From: Candidatus Hydrogenedentota bacterium
GTDB lineage: Bacteria > Hydrogenedentota > Hydrogenedentia > Hydrogenedentales > SLHB01
Direction of reading: 5' to 3'
NCBI GenBank assembly: GCA_963668025.2
Contig: CAXXTH010000017.1
Span: 1,152,001 to 1,216,000 of the forward strand
DNA length: 64,000 nucleotides
Shown here: one piece after another, positions 1 through 10,700 of the stretch
Layout: every line of letters begins with the position of its first letter
Position numbering within the stretch: the first letter of the stretch is position 1
Made by a program: the position numbers and the translations under genes
The notes under the pieces: model-generated
What the model saw: the letters and a program-made list of their open reading frames with translations, nothing else
What the model was told of the DNA's origin: nothing
The model's database searches: none

Positions 1-958
1 AGTCGGCTGCAAGGTATAGGCATACCATGAAGACCGCGCGTAGCGCAGAGACACGCGCTCCGGATAACAGCGCAAACGCGCATAGAAACGCCATAACAAC
101 ATACGCGCGGGCCTTTCGATGCGTGATCAGTATGCGAAGAAGCCACTCCACGCTCATAAAAACGATCCCCACATGGATGCCGGAGACCGCCAGGATGTGA
201 GCCGTCCCAGTGTTGATATAGTGTTGGTATTCTTCCCCGCCCACACTACCGCGTTCTCCCAGCCAGATGGCGCAGATAAAAGGAAGTATGTTTGGCGGGA
301 CAATATGCGCAAGCTTGGCGGCGATGGCGGCGCGAAGCCGGGATGCCCCATGGCGGGGCGGCCACCAGGAGTCTTCGCTCATGCGCTCCACCGAACTAGC
401 GCCCCATGCGCGCAAAACACCCTCGACCCCTTGGCGGCGGTAGTAATCTTCCACGCCGGAAACACCGGGATTCGTATGCCCGATGGACGGGGAATAGCGG
501 CCTCGAATGCGGAGATGCTCTCCCGCACGCACCCAAAACGCGGGCTTGTTCCATTGGACACGCAGGCCGCCGTTCACCTCTTCCTCATGCGAGCCGATCC
601 GTGCATGATTTGTATCAAGGATGAACCAACAAGGCTGGTTTGGTTCGATGTTCAAACTGACCTCGCGCACGACGCCTTCGAATTCGGCGAACTCCCGTCC
701 AGATGCGGTATTCATGGATGGCAGCCTATTCTGGGCCAGATACTGGGATTGCGCCCATTCACGTGCGCCACCGGCGGCGATGAGGCAAAGGACCACGCTC
801 AAGGCGCGCAGGAAGGGATGGAAGCGATGCCACACCGCGCAGCAGATTCCCGCCAGGCTAAGGATAAAAATGCCTGGGAGCCGGGCGCTAGGAAAAAGCG
901 TGGCGAGCAGCACTCCGCTGGCCAAGGCAAGGGCGGCAAGGACAAGGGGCCGTTTCAT
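1..958 (-). CDS. comEC: ComEC/Rec2 DNA-uptake competence protein, N-terminal part (runs off the window edge)
   Basis: Not in the ORF track; translated manually from ATG at 958 with AGGAGG upstream. Reads MKRPLVLAALAL... and contains the ComEC motif TGTAHILAVSGIHVG and the later SGARVSALRA segment. Confidence 0.88.
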   Translation of the reverse strand, partial: MKRPLVLAALALASGVLLATLFPSARLPGIFILSLAGICCAVWHRFHPFLRALSVVLCLIAAGGAREWAQSQYLAQNRLPSMNTASGREFAEFEGVVREVSLNIEPNQPCWFILDTNHARIGSHEEEVNGGLRVQWNKPAFWVRAGEHLRIRGRYSPSIGHTNPGVSGVEDYYRRQGVEGVLRAWGASSVERMSEDSWWPPRHGASRLRAAIAAKLAHIVPPNILPFICAIWLGERGSVGGEEYQHYINTGTAHILAVSGIHVGIVFMSVEWLLRILITHRKARAYVVMAFLCAFALLSGARVSALRAVFMVCLYLAAD

Positions 959-977
959 CCAGACCTCCTGCTCATCT

Positions 978-1020
978 AAACAAAGGACCCCCCGCGGTTG
1001 GTACTCCGCGGAGGGCCCTT
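978..1020 (-). terminator. Probable intrinsic terminator downstream of the porin gene
   Basis: GC-rich stem AAGGGCCCTCCGCGG...CCGCGGGGGGTCCTT followed by TGTTT on the minus strand. Confidence 0.45.
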
Positions 1021-1082
1021 GTAGTCAGCTGCCATCTTTGTTCCGCCCACGTTACACGGCCGGAACCTTCACCAAACACACC

Positions 1083-2645
1083 TTAGAAGGCAAGCTTGGT
1101 CTCGACGAAGAAGTAATTCGGGTCGTCATCGCCAGCACCACCCGTGAAGCCAAGGCCGTTAAAGACCGAGAAGGCGCCGTCCGTCAGGCCTTCGCCAGCG
1201 AACAGGTGCGAGTAACCGGCTTTGAACGAAAGGTCTTCCGTGTAGTGGTAGGTCGCATACAGGCCGACTTCCCAGCCAAGTTCGTTGTCATTTTCGGTCG
1301 TAGCATAGGAGCGAACCGGCATGAGCGGGATGCGGAAACCGCCGAAATCCCAATATACCGGCGAATCAAACTCTTCCTGAGCCAGGAAGTAGGACACGGA
1401 CAGCAACAATTCGATGCTCTCGGTCGGCATAGCTTTTACGCTGCCATGGAACACATGAGCATTGCTCAGGTCGGTGCTATCAAGGAAATCACTGTACTCG
1501 ACATTCGAGAACAAGCGGTTGAAGCTAATGCTTGCTTTCGGCTTGTCAAAGGGCGAAATCCACTCGAGCCAGCTAATGTCGCGGTTGTCTTCACCACCAA
1601 GATAGGCATAACCCAAGCAAACACGCGGCTGCCAGGCGATGTCAAAGGTGTAACCGACGTCCAGATTGGCGCCCCATGTGCCGAAATCAGCGCCATCGTC
1701 ACCATACAGGAACGGCGCGAAATTCCAACCAACAGCAGAGGCATTGCCCCACTGATACGCAACTTCAGCATCAAAATCAAAGGCACCAATCGTGCCGGCT
1801 CCGCGGAGGCCGATGGTGTTCAGGTTGGTTACGTCGTAATCATCGACGCCGATCCAATTCTCGACGGTTTCAGGCCACCACGAGAAGTTGGTGTCATTAA
1901 AGCTGCGAGCGTCACGAACGAGCATGTAGTACGCATCAATCGTGATGTCTTCAAGGCCTAAATAGCTGCCATACAAGGCGTAGAAGTCGACGTCGCCGTC
2001 TTCTTCCGCCAAGCCGCTTTCAGCAAGCTTCGCCGCGATGGCGTCTACGCTGAACATATCGGTGGCATAGGTCAAGCGCAACGCGTCAAAGGACAAACCC
2101 GTGAAGTTCGACGCGGTGTCATTCACGCCCACGAGCCATTGGCTGCCCAATTTGATCTCTTGACGGCCAACGCGAGCGCGAAGCGGCATGCCCCACATCT
2201 CATTGGCTTCGATGTAACCCTGGTAAAGGGAAACGTCGTCATTCGCATCATTCTGGCGGAAGTCCGCGCCCGAGATGTAGTTCGAGCGGAAGTCTTCACC
2301 ATAGATGTCATAGCTGTCCATCTCGATGTATGCACTTACTTCATCCGTAAAATCCGCTTTCACGTTCAAGCGCGTGCGCTGTTCCGTAAATTTAAGCGAA
2401 TTGCCGTCCGCATCCCACGCAAATTGAGAGAGGATGCCCGTGCCGCGCCCGCCAATGGGACGGCCTTGAAGCCAGCCATTTGGCCACGCAACAGCGAAAC
2501 CGTTCGGCGACGCATACACCGAATCCACATAATTGTAGCGGATTTGAATCTCGCCGCCCACCTGTACGTTCTGCAATTCAGCGAACGCAGGCACTGCGGT
2601 GACGATCATAGCCGCAGCGAGTAAGAACATTATACTTGTACGCAT
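1083..2645 (-). CDS. Outer-membrane beta-barrel porin, alginate-export family
   Basis: Signal peptide (…VPAFA|ELQ), motifs RTRLNVKADF, RVGRQEIKLG and FDALRLTY, C-terminal Phe (ETKLAF), RBS AGGAG. Confidence 0.8.
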   Translation of the reverse strand: MRTSIMFLLAAAMIVTAVPAFAELQNVQVGGEIQIRYNYVDSVYASPNGFAVAWPNGWLQGRPIGGRGTGILSQFAWDADGNSLKFTEQRTRLNVKADFTDEVSAYIEMDSYDIYGEDFRSNYISGADFRQNDANDDVSLYQGYIEANEMWGMPLRARVGRQEIKLGSQWLVGVNDTASNFTGLSFDALRLTYATDMFSVDAIAAKLAESGLAEEDGDVDFYALYGSYLGLEDITIDAYYMLVRDARSFNDTNFSWWPETVENWIGVDDYDVTNLNTIGLRGAGTIGAFDFDAEVAYQWGNASAVGWNFAPFLYGDDGADFGTWGANLDVGYTFDIAWQPRVCLGYAYLGGEDNRDISWLEWISPFDKPKASISFNRLFSNVEYSDFLDSTDLSNAHVFHGSVKAMPTESIELLLSVSYFLAQEEFDSPVYWDFGGFRIPLMPVRSYATTENDNELGWEVGLYATYHYTEDLSFKAGYSHLFAGEGLTDGAFSVFNGLGFTGGAGDDDPNYFFVETKLAF

Positions 2646-2887
2646 CGTGCGTAATCTCCTATCAAGTTTAACTCACCCCCGCAGGCCTATATACGCCTGC
2701 GGTCCAGTGGAGAAATCGACATTTATCTATAGACACATCGTGTTTTAACAGCCTCGGACTCTATAGCTCGGAACTCGCTTGCATCCCTCCTCTCTTGTCC
2801 GAAATGAGGCCATTAATGATGTTGTTGTCTGACGTTCCCCGTTAGGAATTCGTAGTGTAATGCTTCTTTCCCTTTATTTAGTTAGCA

Positions 2888-2916
2888 AATATAGCACCAT
2901 CGCCATAGGTTGTCAA
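2888..2916 (-). promoter_or_regulatory. Sigma70-type promoter for the porin
   Basis: TTGACA-N17-TATATT with extended -10 TG; implies a leader of about 235 nt. Confidence 0.6.
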
Positions 2917-2937
2917 GTAATTGTTCGCCTATTTCAG

Positions 2938-2983
2938 GCTGGCTCAGTTTCCAAACATACGCTGGCTCAGTTTCCAAACATAC
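2938..2983. repeat. Exact 23-bp tandem duplication
   Basis: GCTGGCTCAGTTTCCAAACATAC at 2938-2960 and 2961-2983. Confidence 0.9.
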
Positions 2984-2995
2984 CAGTAGTTCGAG

Positions 2996-3604
2996 TTATT
3001 TCAACTCTGTTCCGCTTGCTTTCGGGGTGTCGCTTATCTCCACACGGGCGTTATCGAAATACGCCGGGCTCGAGGGCGAGCCGCCATGGCCGAGGGTAAT
3101 GGTAAAGGCCGTCTGGTCGGAATCCTTCGGCGCCTCGTACACAACCTGCAACCGGCGCCACTGCTTGTCCCCGGGGTGTTTTTCTCCATATATGGATTCG
3201 CCGCCAATCTGGATAATGAGATTGGGTTCAGAACCGGCGGCATAGGTGTCGGCATAAAACGTGATGGTTTTTCCCGCTAACGGTTTCCCGTAAAAGACGT
3301 CTTGCGAGACTTGGTTGTAATAATAAGGTGGAATAGTAGACAGCGAGGCGGTTCCACTCTTCACCGTGGTGCGGGAAGGCTCGATGGAATCCGGCAGCTC
3401 GGTTTTCCATCCCACGGGGGATTTGCCGTTCCATTCCTCGAAGCCGGGATTCACCAGTGCGGCTTCGTTAGGATTGCGCGAGGGCTCCTGCGCCGCTGGC
3501 GGCTGGCCCAGATTGGGCGGCGCGGCCACTTCGGGCGCTTTCGGCTGCATACACCCCGCCAAACTTGCCAGCACCAGCAGAGATATAGCCAGCATTCTAT
3601 TCAC
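2996..3604 (-). CDS. Lipoprotein with a carbohydrate-binding-module-like (CBM4/9-type) domain
   Basis: Lipobox LAGC, Pro-rich linker, LVNPGFEEW…W start and AYFDNARV end typical of a galactose-binding fold. Confidence 0.7.
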   Translation of the reverse strand: MNRMLAISLLVLASLAGCMQPKAPEVAAPPNLGQPPAAQEPSRNPNEAALVNPGFEEWNGKSPVGWKTELPDSIEPSRTTVKSGTASLSTIPPYYYNQVSQDVFYGKPLAGKTITFYADTYAAGSEPNLIIQIGGESIYGEKHPGDKQWRRLQVVYEAPKDSDQTAFTITLGHGGSPSSPAYFDNARVEISDTPKASGTELK

Positions 3605-3648
3605 GCTTCACCCCTCCTTGTTCGAGACCGATAAAGCCGCAGGCCGCC

Positions 3649-4230
3649 TTAATCTAGTTCATGGATGGAATGGATAATGCGCGCAATAAGGCCATATTCT
3701 TGCGCCTCTTTCGCGCTCATCCAGAAATTCCGGTCGCTGTCCGTTTGAATCTTTTCAACAGGATGGCCCGTTTCTTCAGCAATGAGCTGATTGAGCCGCT
3801 CCCGGATTTTGAGCAATTCTTGCGCCTCGATGCGTATATCCTGCAAATTGCCGCGCACGCCGCCGCTGGGCTGATGCAACAAAAAGCGGGTGTTCGGCAA
3901 TGCGGAACGATGCTCCTTTTTAGCCCCAAACATAATAGGAACAGCGATGCTGGCAACCCATCCGGCGCCAATTGCCTGCAAATCGGATTTGATGAAGCGC
4001 ATCACGTCCATGATAGCGAGACCCGAGTCCACATGCCCGCCTTGCGAGGAGACGATCACCCGAATAGGGTCATTCGATTCCGCATCCAGGACTAACAACG
4101 TGGATATTACGCGTTCCGCCAATTCTTGATCCACTTCGCCCGCCAACAGCAATGTGCGCGATTTTAAAAGCCGTTCGGCTACGCTGAAAGGCGCTTTGCC
4201 TTCTTCTTTATTCTCTTCAGGGCAACTCAT
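3649..4230 (-). CDS. clpP: ATP-dependent Clp protease proteolytic subunit
   Basis: SQGGHV, VAS (catalytic Ser), LLHQPSGG (His), EAQEYGLI. Start reassigned to MSCPEE; the longer track ORF runs through a REP. Confidence 0.92.
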   Translation of the reverse strand: MSCPEENKEEGKAPFSVAERLLKSRTLLLAGEVDQELAERVISTLLVLDAESNDPIRVIVSSQGGHVDSGLAIMDVMRFIKSDLQAIGAGWVASIAVPIMFGAKKEHRSALPNTRFLLHQPSGGVRGNLQDIRIEAQELLKIRERLNQLIAEETGHPVEKIQTDSDRNFWMSAKEAQEYGLIARIIHSIHELD

Positions 4231-4428
4231 GCGTCGTTCTCGCTCTCCGGGGTTGATTCCTATCACCCGCCACGGCGCGCATAGGCGCGGCGGCGCGCTG
4301 CAAACCCGTATTGTGCCATGCCTTCGAAGGAGGGTCAAGGCGCCGCACCCTTGCGAGGATAAAAGAGATGCCTGTAAGCATGTCGATACAAATAGCAATT
4401 CCACGACGCAGTCATGAACGTAGATCCC

Positions 4429-4476
4429 GTAGCATGGGCGTCCCGCCCATGCGCATGGCCGGGACGGCCATGCTAC
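4429..4476. repeat. REP-like doublet, family 1 (GTAG-footed palindrome)
   Basis: GTAGCATGGGCGTCCCGCCCATGCGCATGGCCGGGACGGCCATGCTAC, identical to 25011-25058. Confidence 0.85.
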
Positions 4477-4613
4477 GAGAACTGCATCTCTCTTTTCTCG
4501 TATCCGGCAATTTGAGCCGCACTGCGACGCATCATCCGTGGAGCAATATGGGCGCTCCCCGCCGCCCGCGCCAGGGATCGCGGGCGGGGGAGAGCGCCAG
4601 ATGGCAAGCCCCA

Positions 4614-7121
4614 TCAATACGCTGGAGGACTGATGCGGGCGATGATGGGCAGTTTGGCTAATGCATTGATGTCTTCGACGCGGATGCTGGCCAGCACTTG
4701 CTTGCCGCCTTCGTTCTTGGACTTGATCTTTACACCCGCCTGTTCGAGCTGCTGGAGCGCCTCATCCGACCAGTTGGCCAGCTCGATGAACACATCCAGG
4801 CGGCCATCGCGCACCTTGACCGCACCTTCCTCATACCGGCCTTCTTTCACTTTGGCCGACAGATCACGCAGCGCGGGATCAATTTTCGCCAAAGCGGCTG
4901 CGTCAAGCGCTTCCTCTTTTTTCGTGGACTCTTTGCGTTCCAATTCGGGTGATGGCTCCCCTGGTGAATTTATTATTGTATCCGCTGAAGATGAGCTTAC
5001 TCCGCTCGAATCCGCAGCGAGAGATGAGGGTGCTAATTGGGGCGAAGTGGCGCTCAAGGATTTATATTTCGTCACTCCTTGGGCTCTCACGCTCTTAACA
5101 GCCATCATTTCCTCGCCGAACACCCCCTCGTAGCTCACGCCATCGGCCATCTCGATGGGCACTTGCACCGTCTTGGTCTTGCCGTCTTTATTGATGACCT
5201 TCTCTTCGACGGCCACGAAGCTGGTGTATTGCGTCACGAGATTGAACTGCAAGCCAGTTTGGATGATCTGCTCTTTGACATCCCGTTTCGGTTTCCCCGA
5301 TTGCATGCCTTCCCAGTCCTGATTCATCAAATCCTCGACGCGCGCCCGCGCCCATAATGACGCTAGGGCGTCGTGTTCAGGGGCCGTCCGGGGCAAATCA
5401 AACGACAACGTGCGCTCGAAGGCTCCCGTGGCGGTTTTACCCTTTATCGTGACCGTACAAGGCAGCGAGGGGCCGGACGATAATTCTGGCGCGAAGCGGC
5501 CCGTCAGAATAATCGGACGCCCCGCGAAAAGATCCGGCAAATTCTTGGGATCGGGATACACCTCTTGCACGCCAGTGAGCCCCTCGATGGTGATGTCCGC
5601 GAGCAGCGGGCTTTGCGTCCAGGCGTGGAAGCGTTCCGCCGCTTTGTCGGCCTGGTTCTCTTCGGCCTGGCCGGAGATGGTAATGACCTCCGAAGCCCCC
5701 CGGCCCACGCGGCCCATGCCCTCGATGAGGAAGCGGTTGACGCTGTTGCCGATGCCGAAGGCGAATACCCGAGCCTTTCCGGCGTTCCGCTGGATGGCCT
5801 CGAGAATGGCCAAGTCGTTGCCAATGAAACCGTCCGTCATGAAACAGACCACACGCAAGCGTTCGGGGTCATCCTGCCCTTCGAGCGCCTTCTGAATCGC
5901 GGCCATCATCTCCGTTCCGCCGCCGCCCTCGAGGTTAGCCAGGTAGTCCAGCGCTTTCTTGCGGTTTTCCTCCGTATTGGGCACGGGCTTCTCGAAGCAT
6001 TCGCCTAACCCCCCCGAGAACGACACCAAGTTGAAGGTATCATTGGGATTCATCTGTTCGATGCAGAGCCGCATGGCCTTCTTGGCCTTCTCGATGGGAA
6101 AGCCGGTCATGGAGCCACTCTTGTCGATGACGAATAGCAGCTCTTTCGGCAGCACTTCCTCGGGAGCGGTCCGCGCGGGAGGCTGAAGAATCAAAGTCAC
6201 GAATCCGCCGCGTTCCGAGGCATGCACGAGCGCCGCATCGGCCACTTTTTCTCCCGCCACTTTGTATTTCAGGATAAAATCACGGTTCGGGATCTCCGCC
6301 TTGTTTTTCAATGCCACCACCGCCTTAGTATCCCCCTCGCGCTGGATATCCACCTCATGCAAATCGGAGCGGATATCCTGGAGCGGCACGCCTGCATCTA
6401 GTTTTACGGTGAGGGCGATATCATGTCCGGCCCGCGTGCCTTCGGGGGTGATAGGCGGCGTGATGCGGCTCGAATCGGGCACTTGATCCGTGCTGGCGGG
6501 CCCAGGCTTGAGGCCCGTTTCGACATCGGACTCGATAGCGTCATCCGGCGACGGCGTGATCTGGCCAGGGATATACCTCGGCCCCACCGTCATGGGAAAG
6601 GCGAATGTGTATTCACCGCCGTCATACACGAGCGTCTCGACATACGATATGGTAATGCGGATCGTGTCGCCAGGCATAATATTCGCCACGGACTGGGTGA
6701 AAATATTAGGCCGCTCCTGGTCGAGGAGGCTTGCGGCCTTGCCCTCATCGCGGGCCTTCTCATAGATCTTCCGCGCTTCCTCGCGCTCCTTGATAAGCCC
6801 TTTGATGACCCGATCCCCGATCGACATGGTCATCGAGTCCACCGCCGCCCGCTCGGACATCGGGAAGGTATAGACCGCTTCGATGGGGCTGTCAAAGGGA
6901 TTGGTGAATTCCTGGGTCAAGGTGATGCGGGCGATAAACCCGGCGATGTCGGCTTGGACATCCGTATGCTTGAGGGGGCACATCCCTTTGGGCTGGCCGT
7001 CTTCATCAAACGCTTCGAGCGCGCCCGGGTTGGACGGGCATTCCTCGAAAGCGGCCGCATTAGGCCCGCCCAGCACCGCCGCGCATATGGCAAGCATTCC
7101 GGAAACCAACAACTTGTTCAT
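4614..7121 (-). CDS. Secreted VIT + von Willebrand A domain protein
   Basis: Signal peptide, VIT motifs (FTNP…EAVYTFP; LLDQERPNIF), MIDAS DKSGSM, TDG, LWARARVEDL. Confidence 0.9.
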   Translation of the reverse strand: MNKLLVSGMLAICAAVLGGPNAAAFEECPSNPGALEAFDEDGQPKGMCPLKHTDVQADIAGFIARITLTQEFTNPFDSPIEAVYTFPMSERAAVDSMTMSIGDRVIKGLIKEREEARKIYEKARDEGKAASLLDQERPNIFTQSVANIMPGDTIRITISYVETLVYDGGEYTFAFPMTVGPRYIPGQITPSPDDAIESDVETGLKPGPASTDQVPDSSRITPPITPEGTRAGHDIALTVKLDAGVPLQDIRSDLHEVDIQREGDTKAVVALKNKAEIPNRDFILKYKVAGEKVADAALVHASERGGFVTLILQPPARTAPEEVLPKELLFVIDKSGSMTGFPIEKAKKAMRLCIEQMNPNDTFNLVSFSGGLGECFEKPVPNTEENRKKALDYLANLEGGGGTEMMAAIQKALEGQDDPERLRVVCFMTDGFIGNDLAILEAIQRNAGKARVFAFGIGNSVNRFLIEGMGRVGRGASEVITISGQAEENQADKAAERFHAWTQSPLLADITIEGLTGVQEVYPDPKNLPDLFAGRPIILTGRFAPELSSGPSLPCTVTIKGKTATGAFERTLSFDLPRTAPEHDALASLWARARVEDLMNQDWEGMQSGKPKRDVKEQIIQTGLQFNLVTQYTSFVAVEEKVINKDGKTKTVQVPIEMADGVSYEGVFGEEMMAVKSVRAQGVTKYKSLSATSPQLAPSSLAADSSGVSSSSADTIINSPGEPSPELERKESTKKEEALDAAALAKIDPALRDLSAKVKEGRYEEGAVKVRDGRLDVFIELANWSDEALQQLEQAGVKIKSKNEGGKQVLASIRVEDINALAKLPIIARISPPAY

Positions 7122-7177
7122 AATCGAACCTCCCTATCGTTTAGCGCACATTATGTGCGCGCACATATTTCTATCTC

Positions 7178-7205
7178 TAAGACACCATAATAGGTTTCAG
7201 GTTCG
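7178..7205 (-). promoter_or_regulatory. ECF-type promoter upstream of the VIT-vWA gene
   Basis: CGAAC-N17-GTCTTA; same architecture as 46248-46275. Confidence 0.55.
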
Positions 7206-7434
7206 AACTTTTTTTTTGGTGCGCTTGATGCGTATGCACAGCCTGGCGATAGGCTCATAAAAAGATCAGAAAGCGGTAGCATGCCACCCCGCCCCACATG
7301 CGCTCTAAGCCTTTTCCAATCCAAGAGCATGGTACGGCAGCTTGCTGCCGCTTTGGGCGTGCGGATTCCTTCTGGATGCGCCATATTGGTCATGCCAAAG
7401 CGAGTCGAGCGGCAATGATGGAACGGCACTTTTA

Positions 7435-7696
7435 GTAATACTTTAGTCGGCTGAAGTAGCATCTTGTATTTGGCAGCCTTGTTTATTCCTTTTCGCCGGT
7501 ATTGATACATCATTTTGCATCTGACGACCGACGAGGGCGCAAAGTATCGCAGAGGTCCATTTTTCTCTATTCACGAATATGCGAATAAACAGTTCGAGAG
7601 TGTTTTTTCTACTTTGCGGATCTCTGCGTTCTCCGCGCCTCCGCGTTGAAAATGACCATCCGCCGGCCTTTCTTCACCACGAGGCTGAAGTGTTAC
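7435..7696. mobile_element. MITE-like element, copy C
   Basis: Ends GTAATACTTTAGTCGGCTGAAG and GGCTGAAGTGTTAC; flanks CACTTTTA/TACTATTA match 6 of 8 (degenerate TSD). Confidence 0.55.
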
Positions 7697-7753
7697 TACT
7701 ATTATTTTAAAAGAAGAGCCCAACTGGAAGCCCAACGACAGGATGCCGCTTCG

Positions 7754-10700
7754 TCAGCTATCCAGCACTTCACGCACTTTCTGGCCAAATGATTGCTGCG
7801 AAAATGGCTTCTGAAGGAAGTTGACCCCCTCGTCCAGCACGCCCTGGTGGGCAATCACATTCGCCGTGTAGCCCGACATAAAGAGGTGCTTGACGTTTGG
7901 GTAAAGCGATAAGAGGTGTTTAGCCAAATCGCGGCCGTTCATATCTGGCATCACTACATCGGTGATTAACAGATGGATGTCATCCGCGTGTTTTTCCGCC
8001 AAGCAAATGGCCTCTCCGGGAGTAGAGGCGGCCAGCACATGGTATCCCCACCGTTCAAGCATCCTCGTTCCCATCGCCAGGATGGCCGGCTCATCTTCCA
8101 CCAGCAAGATCGTCTCATGCCCCTTCGCCACCGGTTGGGATGGGATTTGTTTTCGCGTCTCGTCGTTTTTCGCGGCATTGCTCACGGGAAAGTAAATGCG
8201 GAAAGTCGTCCCTTGTCCCAGTTCGCTGTACACGTTGATGAAGCCTTGGTTCTGCTTGACGATGCCGTACACAGTGGCCAGCCCGAGGCCGGTGCCTTCG
8301 CCCACATCCTTCGTGGTGAAGAAAGGCTCGAAGACCAGCGCCTTTGTTTCTTCATCCATGCCGCAGCCATTGTCGCTCACCGCCAGCATCACGTAGGAGC
8401 CAGGTATGAAGCCTATATGGTCGGCGCAATAGGCTTCGTCAAATTGGACCTGCCCCGTCTCGATGGTGACTTTGCCGGCCTCGTGTCCGATGGCGTCACG
8501 GGCATTGACGACTAGATTGGCCAGCAATTGGTCTATCTGGGCGGGATCGATTCGAATCGTCTCCAATCTTTGAGCCGGTTTCCAGCGCAGGTCGATGTCC
8601 TCGCCAATGAGGCGCCGGAGCATCTTGAGCAAGGATTCGACGGTTTCATTGATGTCTAGAATCTTGGGCGCGACCGTCTGCTTGCGGGCGAAAGCCAGCA
8701 ATTGGCGCGTAAGATCCGAGGAGCGTTCGGCCGCCCGCTTGATTTCGTTGATGTCGGTGCGCAAGGCGCTGTCGGCGGATAAATCCTCAAGCGCCATCTC
8801 CGAATACCCGAGGATGACATTGAGCATATTGTTGAAATCGTGCGCCACGCCCCCCGCCAGCCGCCCGACCGATTCCATCTTTTGGGCTTGAGCCAATTGC
8901 CCGCGCAGCTTTTCCCGCTCTTCCTCTGATTTTTTCCGCTCCGTAATCGTTTCCGTGTAGATGATGATGCCGCCGATCACTCCATTTTTTTCATACCACG
9001 GGCGGCATTCCCATCGGCTCCAATCTACCGTGCCATCTGCCCGGTAATACGGGTCGTCTTCGGCGCTAGTTATTTCACCCGCTAACGCCTTCTGGTGGGC
9101 GTCCCGCCATTTTTGAGGAAGGTCTGGGAAAATATCGTAATGGCTTCTCCCGATAATGTCCTGTTCCTTGATTCCATACTCTTCCATGAAGCGCTGACTT
9201 ACATAAATATAATTCATATCCTTATCATACACTGCGACGGCGCTTTGGGTATGCTCGATGATGTATCGCATCATCTCATAGGAATGGGCAATCTCGTCCG
9301 CGGCGCGTTTGCGGTCCGTAATATCCCGGCTCACGGCAAGCATGGCCTCTTGGCCGCCGAAATGCACTTTCGCCGTCTTGATCTCGACTGGATACACATC
9401 ACCGTTCTTGGTGCGATGATACGATTCCAGAACGCTGCCTTCGCCAGGCGCCCATTGGTTCCATTCGCGCAGGATATCCTCCCGTCTGGATTGGCTAGGG
9501 TGCAGATCGAACACACTGCTTTGAAGCAACTCCTCTTTGGAGTATCCCGACTGTTCAACAGCCGCCCTATTCACATCTAGGATGCTCCCATTCACATCAT
9601 GCACGAAAACGCCGTCCGCCAACTGCTCGAACAGAGACCGGTATTTTTCATCACTTATACGCTGGGCTTCTTCGGCCCGTTTACGTTCGCTCAGGTCGCG
9701 GCAGAAACAAACAAACTGGCCTCCATGCTCGGGCAAGAAGGAAGTTGACACTTCAACGGGAAACGCGTGGCCGTCCTTGCGCCGATGGCATGCCTCGAAA
9801 AGCATCGAACCGCTTTGGATAATACGATGAATGAGTGCGGCGGTTTCTTCAGGCGCTTCAGTTGCGTCGACATCGCTTATGGCCCGCCCAATGATTTCCT
9901 CGCGGGTATAACCCAGCATGGCGCAATATGCGTCATTCACCTCGAGAAAGCGCCCTTGGTTGTCAAGCACAAAGAATCCGTCCGGCGTGGTTTGCAGCAC
10001 CATGCGCAGGAATTGCTCCCGTTCTTTGATGGCCTTATCCGCCTGCTTGATTTCGGTGATGTCCGCATGGGTGCCGAACATCGACAAGGGCTTGCCGTCC
10101 GCGTCATAACTCATTATCCGGCCACGGTCCGATATCCAGACCCAATGCCCATCCTTGTGTCGCATGCGGAATTCGCACTCGTAGTCGGGCTTCTCGCCTG
10201 CCACGCAACGGGCCAGGTGCTCTTGCGCCTTCTGCAAATCATCGGGATGCACCAAGCGCTTCCATGTGTTGTAATCACATGGAGCCAGTTCCTCAAGCGT
10301 ATAACCAACGATGCCCGCCCAGGTTTCGTTGAAAACGGTCGCGTTGGTCTGGACATTCCATACCCATGTTCCCTGGCGGGAGCCGTTTATGATAAATTCC
10401 AGCCGCTGGCGCTCCAGCCGCAGGGCGTCTTCGATTTGGTTGCGCTCGGTGATATCATGAATTATGGAGAAGAGAAGCTGTCTTTCTCCGAAATGAATCG
10501 CGCCGCTGTAGACTTCCACATCGCGAACCGCGCCGTTTGCAAGGCGATGGCGGAAATAGAAATGATTGCGTTGCGCTTCACGGGCGGCCTGCATATCTTG
10601 TTTGATTTCGTCGAGCGTCAGGGTGTTGACATCCGAGACTTTCTTGCGTCTCATCTCCGCCCGGCTCCATCCGTAATACCGCTCCGCCGCAGGATTTACG

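Noticed and set aside
119-979. 286-aa plus-strand ORF
   Set aside because: Antisense shadow of comEC, which has clear motifs and an RBS on the minus strand.
621-1961. 446-aa plus-strand ORF
   Set aside because: Antisense to the porin and comEC, with no recognisable motifs.
4231-4617. N-terminal extension of ClpP in the ORF track
   Set aside because: Runs through a REP doublet and intergenic DNA; homology starts near MSCPEE.
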